This document shows positions 7,722 to 15,214 of a DNA stretch of 41,810 bases, piece by piece (the first letter of the stretch is position 1; every line of letters begins with the position of its first letter). The DNA is from a virus (taxonomy: Duplodnaviria; Caudoviricetes), in the IMG/VR virus record IMGVR_UViG_3300011441_000003, positions 1 through 41,810 of that record; one strand, given 5' to 3'. Below the pieces are notes generated by a model. The model searched no databases, had not been told where the DNA came from, and saw nothing but the letters and a program-made list of their open reading frames with translations. The position numbers were made by a program, and so were the translations under genes.

Positions 7722-9471
7722 GTAGTTCTCCGAAATTAGGACCGATGAAACCTTCGCTACGCATTGGAACGTCTAGCCTGTCTCTATTCATTACTTCTTT
7801 AAGGTGGGCCATCGCGCCCCTCTCTTTTCCCAACTCAACACTGAGGTTTATCTCATCGTACAAGGTTGCCTTCATATCCCCGTCAGAGCTATGCTCTGCG
7901 TGCCACTCTATGATTGTTTGCTTCGTAAGATCAGCCGCGCTAGGTTGTATGAGGTAGTTCAACAACTTGTAAAGGAAGTCCATCATGCGGCCATTCACCA
8001 GCTTTGGCGGTTCAGGAAGATATAATCTTCCTCCCCATGTTCTTAAAGGCAAACCATTACGCCCTCTACGACGTAATGCGTCGCTCAGAATACGTATGCC
8101 TGGAATAGCCGCCATGTAAGCCTCTCGCATTTCCTTCGCTTTAGAGTGGTCACACCCAAGCTGAGAGGCAAGGCCGCTAACTCCAGCTCCATAGATAGTG
8201 GAGAAAGCCGTTATCTTTACATCTTTACGCGGCAAATCTAGTCCTGCAATACTAAGGATTAAATCCTTAGCCATTTCATGAGGGTCAAGGTCTGGATTTT
8301 CTTGATACGCCCGCATAAGATCGCCATCTTCGTAGTGAGCCAAAATTCTAATCTCCTGGCTTGAAAAGTCACGCTTCACCCAGACATGCCCTTCTTCAGG
8401 AAGTAAGAAACGGCGCATAAGAGGAATCTCGGGTAGTCCCGCTGGAGCTCTTGCCCTTAGTTCGTTTGGCGGATTAGTGAGGTTAGGGTGGTCGCAACTT
8501 ATACGCCCAGACCTTGTTCCCTTACCTTCTCCCCTCACTTGATTCCAGTTAGGGTGAAGTCTTCCCTTCGATGCCCACGCTTGATTATACCATGAAATGC
8601 CGAAGGTATTGAGGCACGTGTCAAGCCCGCTGCGGTACAGCAGCAGAGCTAGCACTTCCGGGTTGGTCACAGCGCGTTGTAGAGCATCCTTGGCTGTACT
8701 TCTACGCCCTGTAGGGGTTAGCGGCCAACTTTCCACCATGCCCGCTTTGTCCAAAGCTTGAGCTAGTTCATCCGGACTGTCGACATTAAAGGTGCAGCTT
8801 AGAGCTTTGAAAATTCTAGAGTCACACTCTTTAAGCGCAGCCGTCATGTCTTTGATAGACTGCTCCAAGGCTGGCATATCTACTCGCAACCCTCGCCGCT
8901 CCGCATCTACGAGGATGGGGCAAAGTAATTGCTCACGCCGATATGCCTCTCCCATGCGCTGTGCTTCGATCTTAGGCATTAAATGTTCGTAGAGCGCAAA
9001 CGTGCGATTTACGTCTCCTATCGCATAAGGGGCTACGATTTCAACTGGCGCTTTGCAAATGAAAGCGCCGAAGTTTTTCTTCGTACTTCCCTCTACGTGC
9101 TTAAGTATCCAATCACGGAGTGCATCTTGCTCCTCCGGCTTTTGTCCTAGAATACGTTCAGCCGAGGGTTTAAGACTCAGATTTGGAGCGTGTGGGTCGT
9201 GAAGGAAGATTAAGTAGGTAGTGTCGTGGACTTTAAGCGGGTCGGGAGGAGGGAGATTAAAGTAGTGCCGCGCCACTGACACATCGAACTTCGCAGAGTG
9301 GAAGAGCATATCGCCGCTCCACGCTCTTTCAAGAGCAGCGCCCATTCCAACCCACGAAGTTTCGTAGTATTTAGCTCCGTCAGGTTGGCGAACAGCAAGC
9401 CCTACAGGCTTCGGGGGAAAGGCGCTTGTATTCCCCGATATTGCCTCAGTTTCGAAGTCGAGGGTGAACAT
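7705..9471 (-). CDS. DNA polymerase, family A, with 3'-5' exonuclease
   Basis: ExoI DFET, TRSGRIS..PN, motif A DFSSQEIR, motif B RKDVKITAFSTIYG, motif C TLYDE. Confidence 0.95.
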   Translation of the reverse strand: MFTLDFETEAISGNTSAFPPKPVGLAVRQPDGAKYYETSWVGMGAALERAWSGDMLFHSAKFDVSVARHYFNLPPPDPLKVHDTTYLIFLHDPHAPNLSLKPSAERILGQKPEEQDALRDWILKHVEGSTKKNFGAFICKAPVEIVAPYAIGDVNRTFALYEHLMPKIEAQRMGEAYRREQLLCPILVDAERRGLRVDMPALEQSIKDMTAALKECDSRIFKALSCTFNVDSPDELAQALDKAGMVESWPLTPTGRRSTAKDALQRAVTNPEVLALLLYRSGLDTCLNTFGISWYNQAWASKGRLHPNWNQVRGEGKGTRSGRISCDHPNLTNPPNELRARAPAGLPEIPLMRRFLLPEEGHVWVKRDFSSQEIRILAHYEDGDLMRAYQENPDLDPHEMAKDLILSIAGLDLPRKDVKITAFSTIYGAGVSGLASQLGCDHSKAKEMREAYMAAIPGIRILSDALRRRGRNGLPLRTWGGRLYLPEPPKLVNGRMMDFLYKLLNYLIQPSAADLTKQTIIEWHAEHSSDGDMKATLYDEINLSVELGKERGAMAHLKEVMNRDRLDVPMRSEGFIGPNFGELHALES

Positions 9472-9493
9472 TTCAAATCCTTAAAATGTAAGT

Positions 9494-9568
9494 GCTGGCT
9501 TCTTCCCCTAGGTGCCAGCGACCCGTACTCACTCTGCGCTTCGCCTACGCGTCCGCAGGGCGAGTGAG
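9494..9568 (-). ncRNA. Candidate structured leader of the polymerase gene
   Basis: Stems 9528-9538/9554-9568 (4-nt bulge) and 9494-9499/9514-9519. Confidence 0.4.
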
Positions 9569-9569
9569 C

Positions 9570-10343
9570 TCAGAATTTCTTCGATGCAGGTGCAGCCGGA
9601 ACTTCAGCGCTCTGATTCGCCGCATACGGAGCGAGCAGGAAAGACTCCACGGCCGTGATTTTCTCGCGTAGCGCTCCGATCAAGTCGTTACTCACAGGCT
9701 TCGCCATCGTAAAGTGAACATGAAACTGGTGTTTCGGATGCGGCTCAGTGTAGATTTCAGTCACTACAGCGTAAGGTGGGCGCTGCACCGTACCGGACAA
9801 TTGGTTGACGTATGCCGACCAGTAACGCACAGAAGTGACAGGAAGCTTCGCTATTGCGATTTCCGATTTCTGAATGTCCAGTACGCTGCCGAGGGCGTTC
9901 GCAGGCATCAGCACTAAACGGCGAGTTTGGGAGCACGCCTTACCACGACTTCCAGGGCGTGGGTCTGAACCCCATGCGTTCTTTGGGCACCCTTCGCACT
10001 TTCCATCTTTACCCTGCGGTTTCTCTGCATCCTCATGCGGGCCGAGCTCTTCCTCCACTTTTGAAATAGCGAAGCACGCAGGAGTTGTAGGTTGCTCTGC
10101 GTTGAATGGGGTGTCATACCAGCGATTTTCAAACACTGTGCCGAGCACGACGCAAGGCAAACGATTTCCTGGAATTAGATTCCCTTGCCACGAAATTTGT
10201 CCGCCGCGAAAGGAAATAGCCCCGCCTACTGGACGCTCGAGAAGAGCAGCGTTCTTAGCTTGATCTGCCAGCTCCTGCTCTACGCTCATTACTGCCGTAC
10301 TTTGCTTCACTGCTACTTCTTTCTTTCCATCAAGTAATCCCAT
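9570..10343 (-). CDS. Probable ssDNA-binding/annealing protein
   Basis: PACFA...CEGCPKNAWGS...GKACSQTRRL...LPVTS motif, aromatic C-terminal residue, position upstream of the polymerase. Confidence 0.7.
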   Translation of the reverse strand: MGLLDGKKEVAVKQSTAVMSVEQELADQAKNAALLERPVGGAISFRGGQISWQGNLIPGNRLPCVVLGTVFENRWYDTPFNAEQPTTPACFAISKVEEELGPHEDAEKPQGKDGKCEGCPKNAWGSDPRPGSRGKACSQTRRLVLMPANALGSVLDIQKSEIAIAKLPVTSVRYWSAYVNQLSGTVQRPPYAVVTEIYTEPHPKHQFHVHFTMAKPVSNDLIGALREKITAVESFLLAPYAANQSAEVPAAPASKKF

Positions 10344-10357
10344 CTGGGCAACTCCTT

Positions 10358-10729
10358 CTAAGGTTTAATTTGACTAAGACTCAGACTTTCAACGGGGAAC
10401 CACGTAATGCCGGGCACGTCTACTCCTACATCTTTGCGCTCCTTGATAGACGCAGGGTTAATTCGACGATACAGAAGCTCAAACTCACCAGTAGCGCGTA
10501 TGTGGGCATACAAAGAATCCCAACTACCTGCGCTTGGCTCTTGCTTTACTACGAGTTTTGCTATGGCGGTCTTACCCCCACTCGCAGTGGAACCTTCAGC
10601 TTTGAAAGCGGCTATGAGCTGATCTTTGATCTTGTGTTCCTCAGCTTCTAAGGCTTCCATCACTTTCTTAGCCGCGAGGCGTGTAATCCGTGCTTCGTTG
10701 TAGAGATCGACAAGATCGGGGAGATTCAT
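10358..10729 (-). CDS. Conserved phage replication-module protein (123 aa)
   Basis: N-terminal coiled coil, then WDSLYAHI...ELLYRRI...PGI; translationally coupled. Confidence 0.75.
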   Translation of the reverse strand: MNLPDLVDLYNEARITRLAAKKVMEALEAEEHKIKDQLIAAFKAEGSTASGGKTAIAKLVVKQEPSAGSWDSLYAHIRATGEFELLYRRINPASIKERKDVGVDVPGITWFPVESLSLSQIKP

Positions 10730-10926
10730 GACTCTAACGCCTCCTCTAACTTCTCTATAGCGAGAGTTACGTTCTGAGTAGCTTCGCTTAAGAGCTCTGA
10801 AGTGGCGTTGTCTTCAAAAGACTTAGCCTCTAATTCTTCACCTTTAGAGGCCGCAGCTAAAGGTAATTGAATTCCTTCTAAACTTTCCTTGATTCGCTCA
10901 AGGATTTTTCTCCTTAGATTATCCAT
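10726..10926 (-). CDS. Hypothetical helical protein (66 aa)
   Basis: AAGGAG RBS; ATGA overlap with the next gene. Confidence 0.7.
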   Translation of the reverse strand: MDNLRRKILERIKESLEGIQLPLAAASKGEELEAKSFEDNATSELLSEATQNVTLAIEKLEEALES

Positions 10927-10994
10927 TATAACTCCTTTACCTGTAGTTTGTAGGGTAGCACAGTCTTAGTTTCTCGTGTTACGTGGTTTAGGAT

Positions 10995-11222
10995 TTAAAG
11001 TTCCGTACTTACCTTCTTGGCGTGGCATCTGGCAGCGCCGTGCAGTAAATTAAGCGTCTCGGACTCTGCAAATGCTCTTTTAAGTTCATTGGAGCACTCC
11101 TCGCACGCCGCATCCCAGGCTCGGCGCAGAGCTTTCTCAAACACTGGAGCCCATAGCGGGCTTTCTGGCCCGGCAGCCTTTTCTGATTCTTCCCTGAACC
11201 ACTCGTCGCTACCGGGGGTCAT
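10995..11222 (-). CDS. Hypothetical protein (75 aa)
   Basis: ATGA overlap with the RyR gene stop. Confidence 0.65.
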   Translation of the reverse strand: MTPGSDEWFREESEKAAGPESPLWAPVFEKALRRAWDAACEECSNELKRAFAESETLNLLHGAARCHAKKVSTEL

Positions 11223-11590
11223 GGCGTAACCTCATATATCCACTGACGCGCGATCTCGCATAGAGCCACGAAAACGGCGTCCTTGTCGCGCTCAAGCTGC
11301 CCGAGTTGTGCATAGGGCACAAGATCAGGATGTGTCTTAGCTTCGCGGTCGTATTTCTCACCGTACACCCAGCCCATCAAGAAATAGGCTTGCATCCAAC
11401 TACCGTGGAGTTCCTCGGGCGACATAGACCGCTGCTCGCCCATTTGACGTTCGATCACGGCAAGGAATTGGACTCGGAAGGCATCCTCGCGCTCAGCCCA
11501 TAACACTGGAATGATCGGCGCGTTAGCGGCTTGTGCTGCGAGTCGGGCGGCGTTGTAGACAAACTCAGCACGATGTTCTGTCAGGTTCAC
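11219..11590 (-). CDS. RyR (ryanodine receptor repeat) domain protein
   Basis: PEELHGSWM...GWVYGEKYDREAKTHPDLVPYAQL...ERDKD; GTG start supplied by the 35-bp repeat. Confidence 0.85.
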   Translation of the reverse strand: MNLTEHRAEFVYNAARLAAQAANAPIIPVLWAEREDAFRVQFLAVIERQMGEQRSMSPEELHGSWMQAYFLMGWVYGEKYDREAKTHPDLVPYAQLGQLERDKDAVFVALCEIARQWIYEVTP

Positions 11591-11619
11591 TTCACTTTCC
11601 TCCTTCGTTGGGCTGCGGC
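11585..11619 (-). repeat. 35-bp junction repeat R-C, copy 1
   Basis: GCCGCAGCCCAACGAAGGAGGAAAGTGAAGTGAAC; contains RBS, stop and start. Confidence 0.95.
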
Positions 11620-11787
11620 ATGCCTCCATTTGATCGTTACAGGACCGTCCTGCGCGTACATAAGGGCATAGTGATTGATCTCGCGCTCGGTATCTTTTCT
11701 GCTAGAAGTTTCGACGCAAGCCACCATCATTCCGTCTTGCCATAGTTCGGCCCGCTCGACAGCGCGTAGAGTCTTGGATGGTTTCAT
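11587..11787 (-). CDS. Cassette protein B1 (66 aa)
   Basis: MKPSKTLRAVERA...RHAAAQRRRKVK. Confidence 0.7.
   Translation of the reverse strand: MKPSKTLRAVERAELWQDGMMVACVETSSRKDTEREINHYALMYAQDGPVTIKWRHAAAQRRRKVK
11748..11777 (-). repeat. 30-bp repeat R-N, copy 1
   Basis: 28/30 identical to 12085-12114; encodes KTLRAVERA. Confidence 0.9.
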
Positions 11788-11960
11788 GGCTGAGTTTCTT
11801 TCGGTTCACACAGCCAGCCGGAGCAATCACCTCCGATACTGGGAATAGGATCATGGACGTAGTGATAGCCCCGCTCGCCGCACCGCTCGCAAACTGGAGC
11901 ACACTTCTCTGCAAGCTGCTTTGCCGTGACGCGATTCTGCATACGCTGTTTCCTGTTCAC
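11784..11960 (-). CDS. Small Cys-rich protein (58 aa)
   Basis: GTG start in the repeat; CERCG..GYHY...C; ATGA overlap downstream. Confidence 0.7.
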   Translation of the reverse strand: MNRKQRMQNRVTAKQLAEKCAPVCERCGERGYHYVHDPIPSIGGDCSGWLCEPKETQP

Positions 11961-11989
11961 TTCACTTTCCTCCTTCGTTGGGCTGCGGC
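11955..11989 (-). repeat. 35-bp junction repeat R-C, copy 2
   Basis: Identical to 11585-11619. Confidence 0.95.
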
Positions 11990-12118
11990 GTGGCGGGCAC
12001 CTTCCTGCCAAGCGTCCCACAGCGCTTCAATTGTGAGCGGGTGCTGCTCGGCTATGTAATACACCTTCAGCCACGCTTCAAACGCGGCCCGTTCGACAGC
12101 GCGTAGGGTCTTGGTCAT
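11957..12118 (-). CDS. Cassette protein B2 (53 aa, not in the ORF track)
   Basis: MTKTLRAVERAAFEAWLKVYYIAEQHPLTIEALWDAWQEGARHAAAQRRRKVK. Confidence 0.7.
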   Translation of the reverse strand: MTKTLRAVERAAFEAWLKVYYIAEQHPLTIEALWDAWQEGARHAAAQRRRKVK

Positions 12119-12281
12119 GGCTAATCTCGGTCACGGTGTATGGCCCCTTATCGGCTAGCATATAGGCAGCGTCTTCTGCCCATTCTTGAGCGGAGACAGT
12201 AGTTGTGTCCTCATATTCTTTGATTACTTCTACATCTTCACCAGTATGAGGGTCACGATACCTGATGTGAAACATCTTCAT
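12078..12281 (-). CDS. Hypothetical acidic protein (67 aa)
   Basis: MKMFHIRYRDP...; RBS supplied by repeat copy 3. Confidence 0.7.
   Translation of the reverse strand: MKMFHIRYRDPHTGEDVEVIKEYEDTTTVSAQEWAEDAAYMLADKGPYTVTEISHDQDPTRCRTGRV
12085..12114 (-). repeat. 30-bp repeat R-N, copy 2
   Basis: 28/30 identical to 11748-11777. Confidence 0.9.
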
Positions 12282-12310
12282 TTCACTTTCCTCCTTCGTT
12301 GGGCTTCGGC
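12276..12310 (-). repeat. 35-bp junction repeat R-C, copy 3
   Basis: 32/35 identical to copies 1 and 2. Confidence 0.9.
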
Positions 12311-12888
12311 TGAGATTGGGAGAGGCGATACCATTCGCTGATTCGTGGAAGCCATGTGCGGAGGGCTTGAGCCTGATGCCGCTCATCGTGCTCGCACGCC
12401 ATTTCGAGGGTGAATAAAACCTCGTGGTCATCCCCCACGTCGGGAGGCGCAGTTTCGCTCATGACGTTCTCCTGATGTTTTTCGGGATAACGGAAATATG
12501 CTGCGGAAGAACTTTCACCACCCCTTTGTGGATATGGGTGTGGTGTTTCTGGCAGACCCAAACCACTTCCAATATTTGCCAGCGCTTTGGCCGCGATTCT
12601 ATGCAGAGGATTGCTCGACGGAGCTTCTTCAACGATTTGCTGAAGCGCCGCACGGAGCTGCCCCGCCTCTGCGTGATCCGATAGGGCGCGGCGGTTCCAA
12701 TGCTCAATGGCTTCTGTCGGCGATTTGAATCGACCGAGGTTTGTACTGGCGCAGAGTATGCAATTCACCTTGTGGAATGTGGCTTGCTTCCACTCCTGCT
12801 CACGCACCGTCGAATCGATATACTTGATTGTTCCCAATGCTGCTTTCCCACCACAAAACGGACACGACTTCAACCCGCTCTCAGTCAT
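12283..12888 (-). CDS. Lar-family restriction-alleviation domain protein with C-terminal extension
   Basis: LKSCPFCGG...CILC...EAIEHWNRRA; ATG 12888 overlaps the upstream TGA. Confidence 0.8.
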   Translation of the reverse strand: MTESGLKSCPFCGGKAALGTIKYIDSTVREQEWKQATFHKVNCILCASTNLGRFKSPTEAIEHWNRRALSDHAEAGQLRAALQQIVEEAPSSNPLHRIAAKALANIGSGLGLPETPHPYPQRGGESSSAAYFRYPEKHQENVMSETAPPDVGDDHEVLFTLEMACEHDERHQAQALRTWLPRISEWYRLSQSQPKPNEGGK

Positions 12889-13106
12889 AGTTGGCTCCAA
12901 TAGCAAACAGACCTCCACAAAGGGTAGCCCGAACGATTCCAAATGCTTAGAGAGTACACCGCCATTGTGTTCGGGCGTAATTTATCACACTCTGCTAAGG
13001 AAAGAGGCTTCGCGCCGACAGTTACCGCTGTGAAGGGCGCAGCTTCAACACTGCAACTTCCAACGGCAATCCCCGCGCAACAGAGGAGCACCCAGATGTC
13101 CCTCAT
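12885..13106 (-). CDS. Small exported hypothetical protein (73 aa)
   Basis: Signal-peptide-like MRDIWVLLCCAGIAVGSCSVEA; ATGA overlaps at both ends. Confidence 0.65.
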   Translation of the reverse strand: MRDIWVLLCCAGIAVGSCSVEAAPFTAVTVGAKPLSLAECDKLRPNTMAVYSLSIWNRSGYPLWRSVCYWSQL

Positions 13107-13873
13107 GCTGCCATTCTTTCTGCGTAATCCCACAAACCACGATTGATGTTAATCTGCTCTTTAATCGCCTTCACGCCGCGAATGTGGCTTCTGCGCCCTG
13201 TGAAACTACGAGCGTCGTGATTCTTTGAAAGTATGTTTTCCTGCACCACGTTGAAGACTGTCCACGCATCGTTGGCTGCGTCTTCAGGACGGTGACGCGT
13301 CAGGATTTGCTCCGTGGTTAGTAGCGGGGCTATGCCATGGTAGCGTAGTTCTAAAGCTCTGAGGGCGTAATTGACGCGCTCGGCATGGCTCAACTGCCGC
13401 GCAGCCATGCGCTCTACAGCGCCACGGAGAAGGGGCATTTCTTCGGTTACTATCTTAGCTGCCCCACTCTGCACAGCCTCCAACGTAGCTTGGAATCCAG
13501 CGTGCCGTACTGAAGCCCCTGCAAAGACAGAGCCAACCACTAAACCGTTCAGGCACAGAAAGGAGAAAAGCCCAGAGTAAAGACGGTACATCGCAGAACC
13601 ATCATGCCCATTGACTAGCACCAATTCAGGATAGAGCTCGTGACCCCTTGGATCTTGAATTGGAGATTCCGAACCGTGGCGCATTCGAATCATATGCCGC
13701 GCGTAGGGAGCGCGCTCCGCGCTTCTGCTTCTAGTTTGTCTTGCATCCTTAATCTCCCAGCCCTGAGATTGCAGCCCCTCTAATATCGGCTGCGTAGGGA
13801 TGAAAACGTAGCTCGAAGATGTACCTTCGTACGGCTTTGTAGCGTAGATTGCAGGTAGGTCTTTAAGGTTCAT
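13103..13873 (-). CDS. DUF932/DUF945 family protein
   Basis: YVFIPT...HMIRMR...ELVLVNGHDGS...GLF..LCLNG...WTVFNVVQEN. Confidence 0.88.
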   Translation of the reverse strand: MNLKDLPAIYATKPYEGTSSSYVFIPTQPILEGLQSQGWEIKDARQTRSRSAERAPYARHMIRMRHGSESPIQDPRGHELYPELVLVNGHDGSAMYRLYSGLFSFLCLNGLVVGSVFAGASVRHAGFQATLEAVQSGAAKIVTEEMPLLRGAVERMAARQLSHAERVNYALRALELRYHGIAPLLTTEQILTRHRPEDAANDAWTVFNVVQENILSKNHDARSFTGRRSHIRGVKAIKEQININRGLWDYAERMAA

Positions 13874-14652
13874 ACCGCCTCCGGGAAAACTAGTTCATAC
13901 CCATTCCAAGCACAGTCCGGGATATGCTGGCGAACGAAGGCTAGAATGCCGGCGTCCAGCGAGACGCACTTGGCCGCGTAGTCGGCGTACAGCGAGGCGC
14001 GCTTGGCCTTGTAGTCGGCGTCCAGCGAGGCGCACTTGGCCGCGTAGTCGGCGTCCAGCGAGGCGCGCTTGGCCTTGTAGTCGGCGTCCAGCGGGGCGCA
14101 CTTGGCCTCGTAGTCGGCGTCCAGCGGGGCGCACTTGGCCTTGTAGTCGGCGTCCAGCGAGGCGTACTTGGCCTCGTAGTCGGCGTCCAGCGAGGCGCGC
14201 TTGGCCTTGTAGTCGGCGTCCAGCGGGGCGCACTTGGCCTCGTAGTCGGCGTACAGCGGGACGCACTTGGCCGTGTAGTCGGCGTACAGCGGGGCGCACT
14301 TGGCCTCGTAGTCGGCGTACAGCGGGGCGCACTTGGCCTCGTAGTCGGCGTCCAGCGAGGCGCGCTTGGCCGCGTAGTCGGCGCCTAGCGAGACGCGCTT
14401 GGCCTTGTAGTCGGCGTCCAGCGGGGCGCGCTTGGCCGCGTAGTCGGCGTCCAGCGCATTCGTCATGAACGGCAGATAAATCATATTGTGCAGCCGCGTC
14501 GAGATTTCGTGGTCCGGTTTCTCTCGCTTGACGTAGGCGACGCGATCCGCCACATTGTGAGATTTCTCGAATAGCTGTCCATGGTGCAGAAAGGCGAAAT
14601 AGCCTTTCGTTGGCCCGACGTAATCGGGACGGCCTGGGAAAAGTTCGTTCAT
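13870..14652 (-). CDS. Hendecad tandem-repeat protein (260 aa)
   Basis: 15 copies of ADYxAKxxxLx between unique N-terminal (HH...KP..E...RL) and C-terminal (PDCAWNG) parts; AAGGAG RBS. Confidence 0.85.
   Translation of the reverse strand: MNELFPGRPDYVGPTKGYFAFLHHGQLFEKSHNVADRVAYVKREKPDHEISTRLHNMIYLPFMTNALDADYAAKRAPLDADYKAKRVSLGADYAAKRASLDADYEAKCAPLYADYEAKCAPLYADYTAKCVPLYADYEAKCAPLDADYKAKRASLDADYEAKYASLDADYKAKCAPLDADYEAKCAPLDADYKAKRASLDADYAAKCASLDADYKAKRASLYADYAAKCVSLDAGILAFVRQHIPDCAWNGYELVFPEAV
13954..14448 (-). repeat. 15 x 33-bp GC-rich coding tandem repeat
   Basis: Typical unit GCCGACTACGAGGCCAAGTGCGCCCCGCTGGAC, varying at a few fixed positions. Confidence 0.97.
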
Positions 14653-14697
14653 TTCTTTCTCCTTAAAAATAACAGCTACGCACAGCGTACCACGGAC

Positions 14698-15045
14698 TTA
14701 ATGGACGTTTTCGTGATTCGCTGGATCTCCCAGATATTGCTGATCTCCTTGTACAAAGATTTGAAACGGTATATCTGGGTACGCAGTTTCAAGCAGGGCG
14801 AGTGCAGATTTCGCATAACACAGGCGGTCGAAGTATTGGAGTATCGGCGCGCCTGGGAGGTCAGTGCGGGCTACAGAGTACGCCCAACGGAATTCCTCTA
14901 GATCTTGCACGTGCGTATGGCGAGCTCCAGCCACTTCGGAATATGCCACTGCCCGAACTCCCCCATGCGTCCGAACACTACGCACAGGTCTTGGAGTTGA
15001 GCGTAAGTCATGAAATGTGTAACTTCCATTAAGTTCTCCCATCAA
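14698..15045 (-). CDS. Hypothetical early protein(s); possibly two genes (14898..15029, 43 aa, plus a downstream ORF ending at 14698)
   Basis: Open frame; the best RBS (GGGAGA) precedes ATG 15029 in another frame. Confidence 0.45.
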   Translation of the reverse strand: MMGELNGSYTFHDLRSTPRPVRSVRTHGGVRAVAYSEVAGARHTHVQDLEEFRWAYSVARTDLPGAPILQYFDRLCYAKSALALLETAYPDIPFQIFVQGDQQYLGDPANHENVH

Positions 15046-15116
15046 AGATTGATAGAAACCAAAAGACTAAGTAGATAGCGCATAGAATTTCAATCATACT
15101 CGATCCTTTCGTAAGT

Positions 15117-15146
15117 TTGCGTTCCCATGCAGGCGGGGCGCATAAT
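15117..15146 (+). promoter_or_regulatory. Rightward sigma70-type promoter (primase)
   Basis: TTGCGT-N18-CATAAT. Confidence 0.5.
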
Positions 15147-15173
15147 AGCCTGCTGGGTCAGGGGCTTATGGGT

Positions 15174-15202
15174 AGTATAAACCTGACAGCTAAAGATTAC
15201 AA
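15174..15202 (-). promoter_or_regulatory. Leftward sigma70-type promoter (early/replication arm)
   Basis: TTGTAA-N17-TATACT. Confidence 0.7.
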
Positions 15203-15214
15203 GGGCGAACTTAT

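Noticed and set aside
11585-12310. CRISPR array or integron attC array
   Set aside because: Spacing is over 300 bp and protein-coding, the repeats are not palindromic, and there are no attC R-boxes or integrase. Kept as a recombination-joint array instead.
13895-14332. Arg-rich alternative-frame ORF (RPAVRRLRGQV)n
   Set aside because: By-product of a stop-free GC-rich 33-bp repeat; no RBS.
13954-14448. Diversity-generating retroelement TR/VR
   Set aside because: No reverse transcriptase in the genome; the variation is not adenine-specific and the units are tandem.
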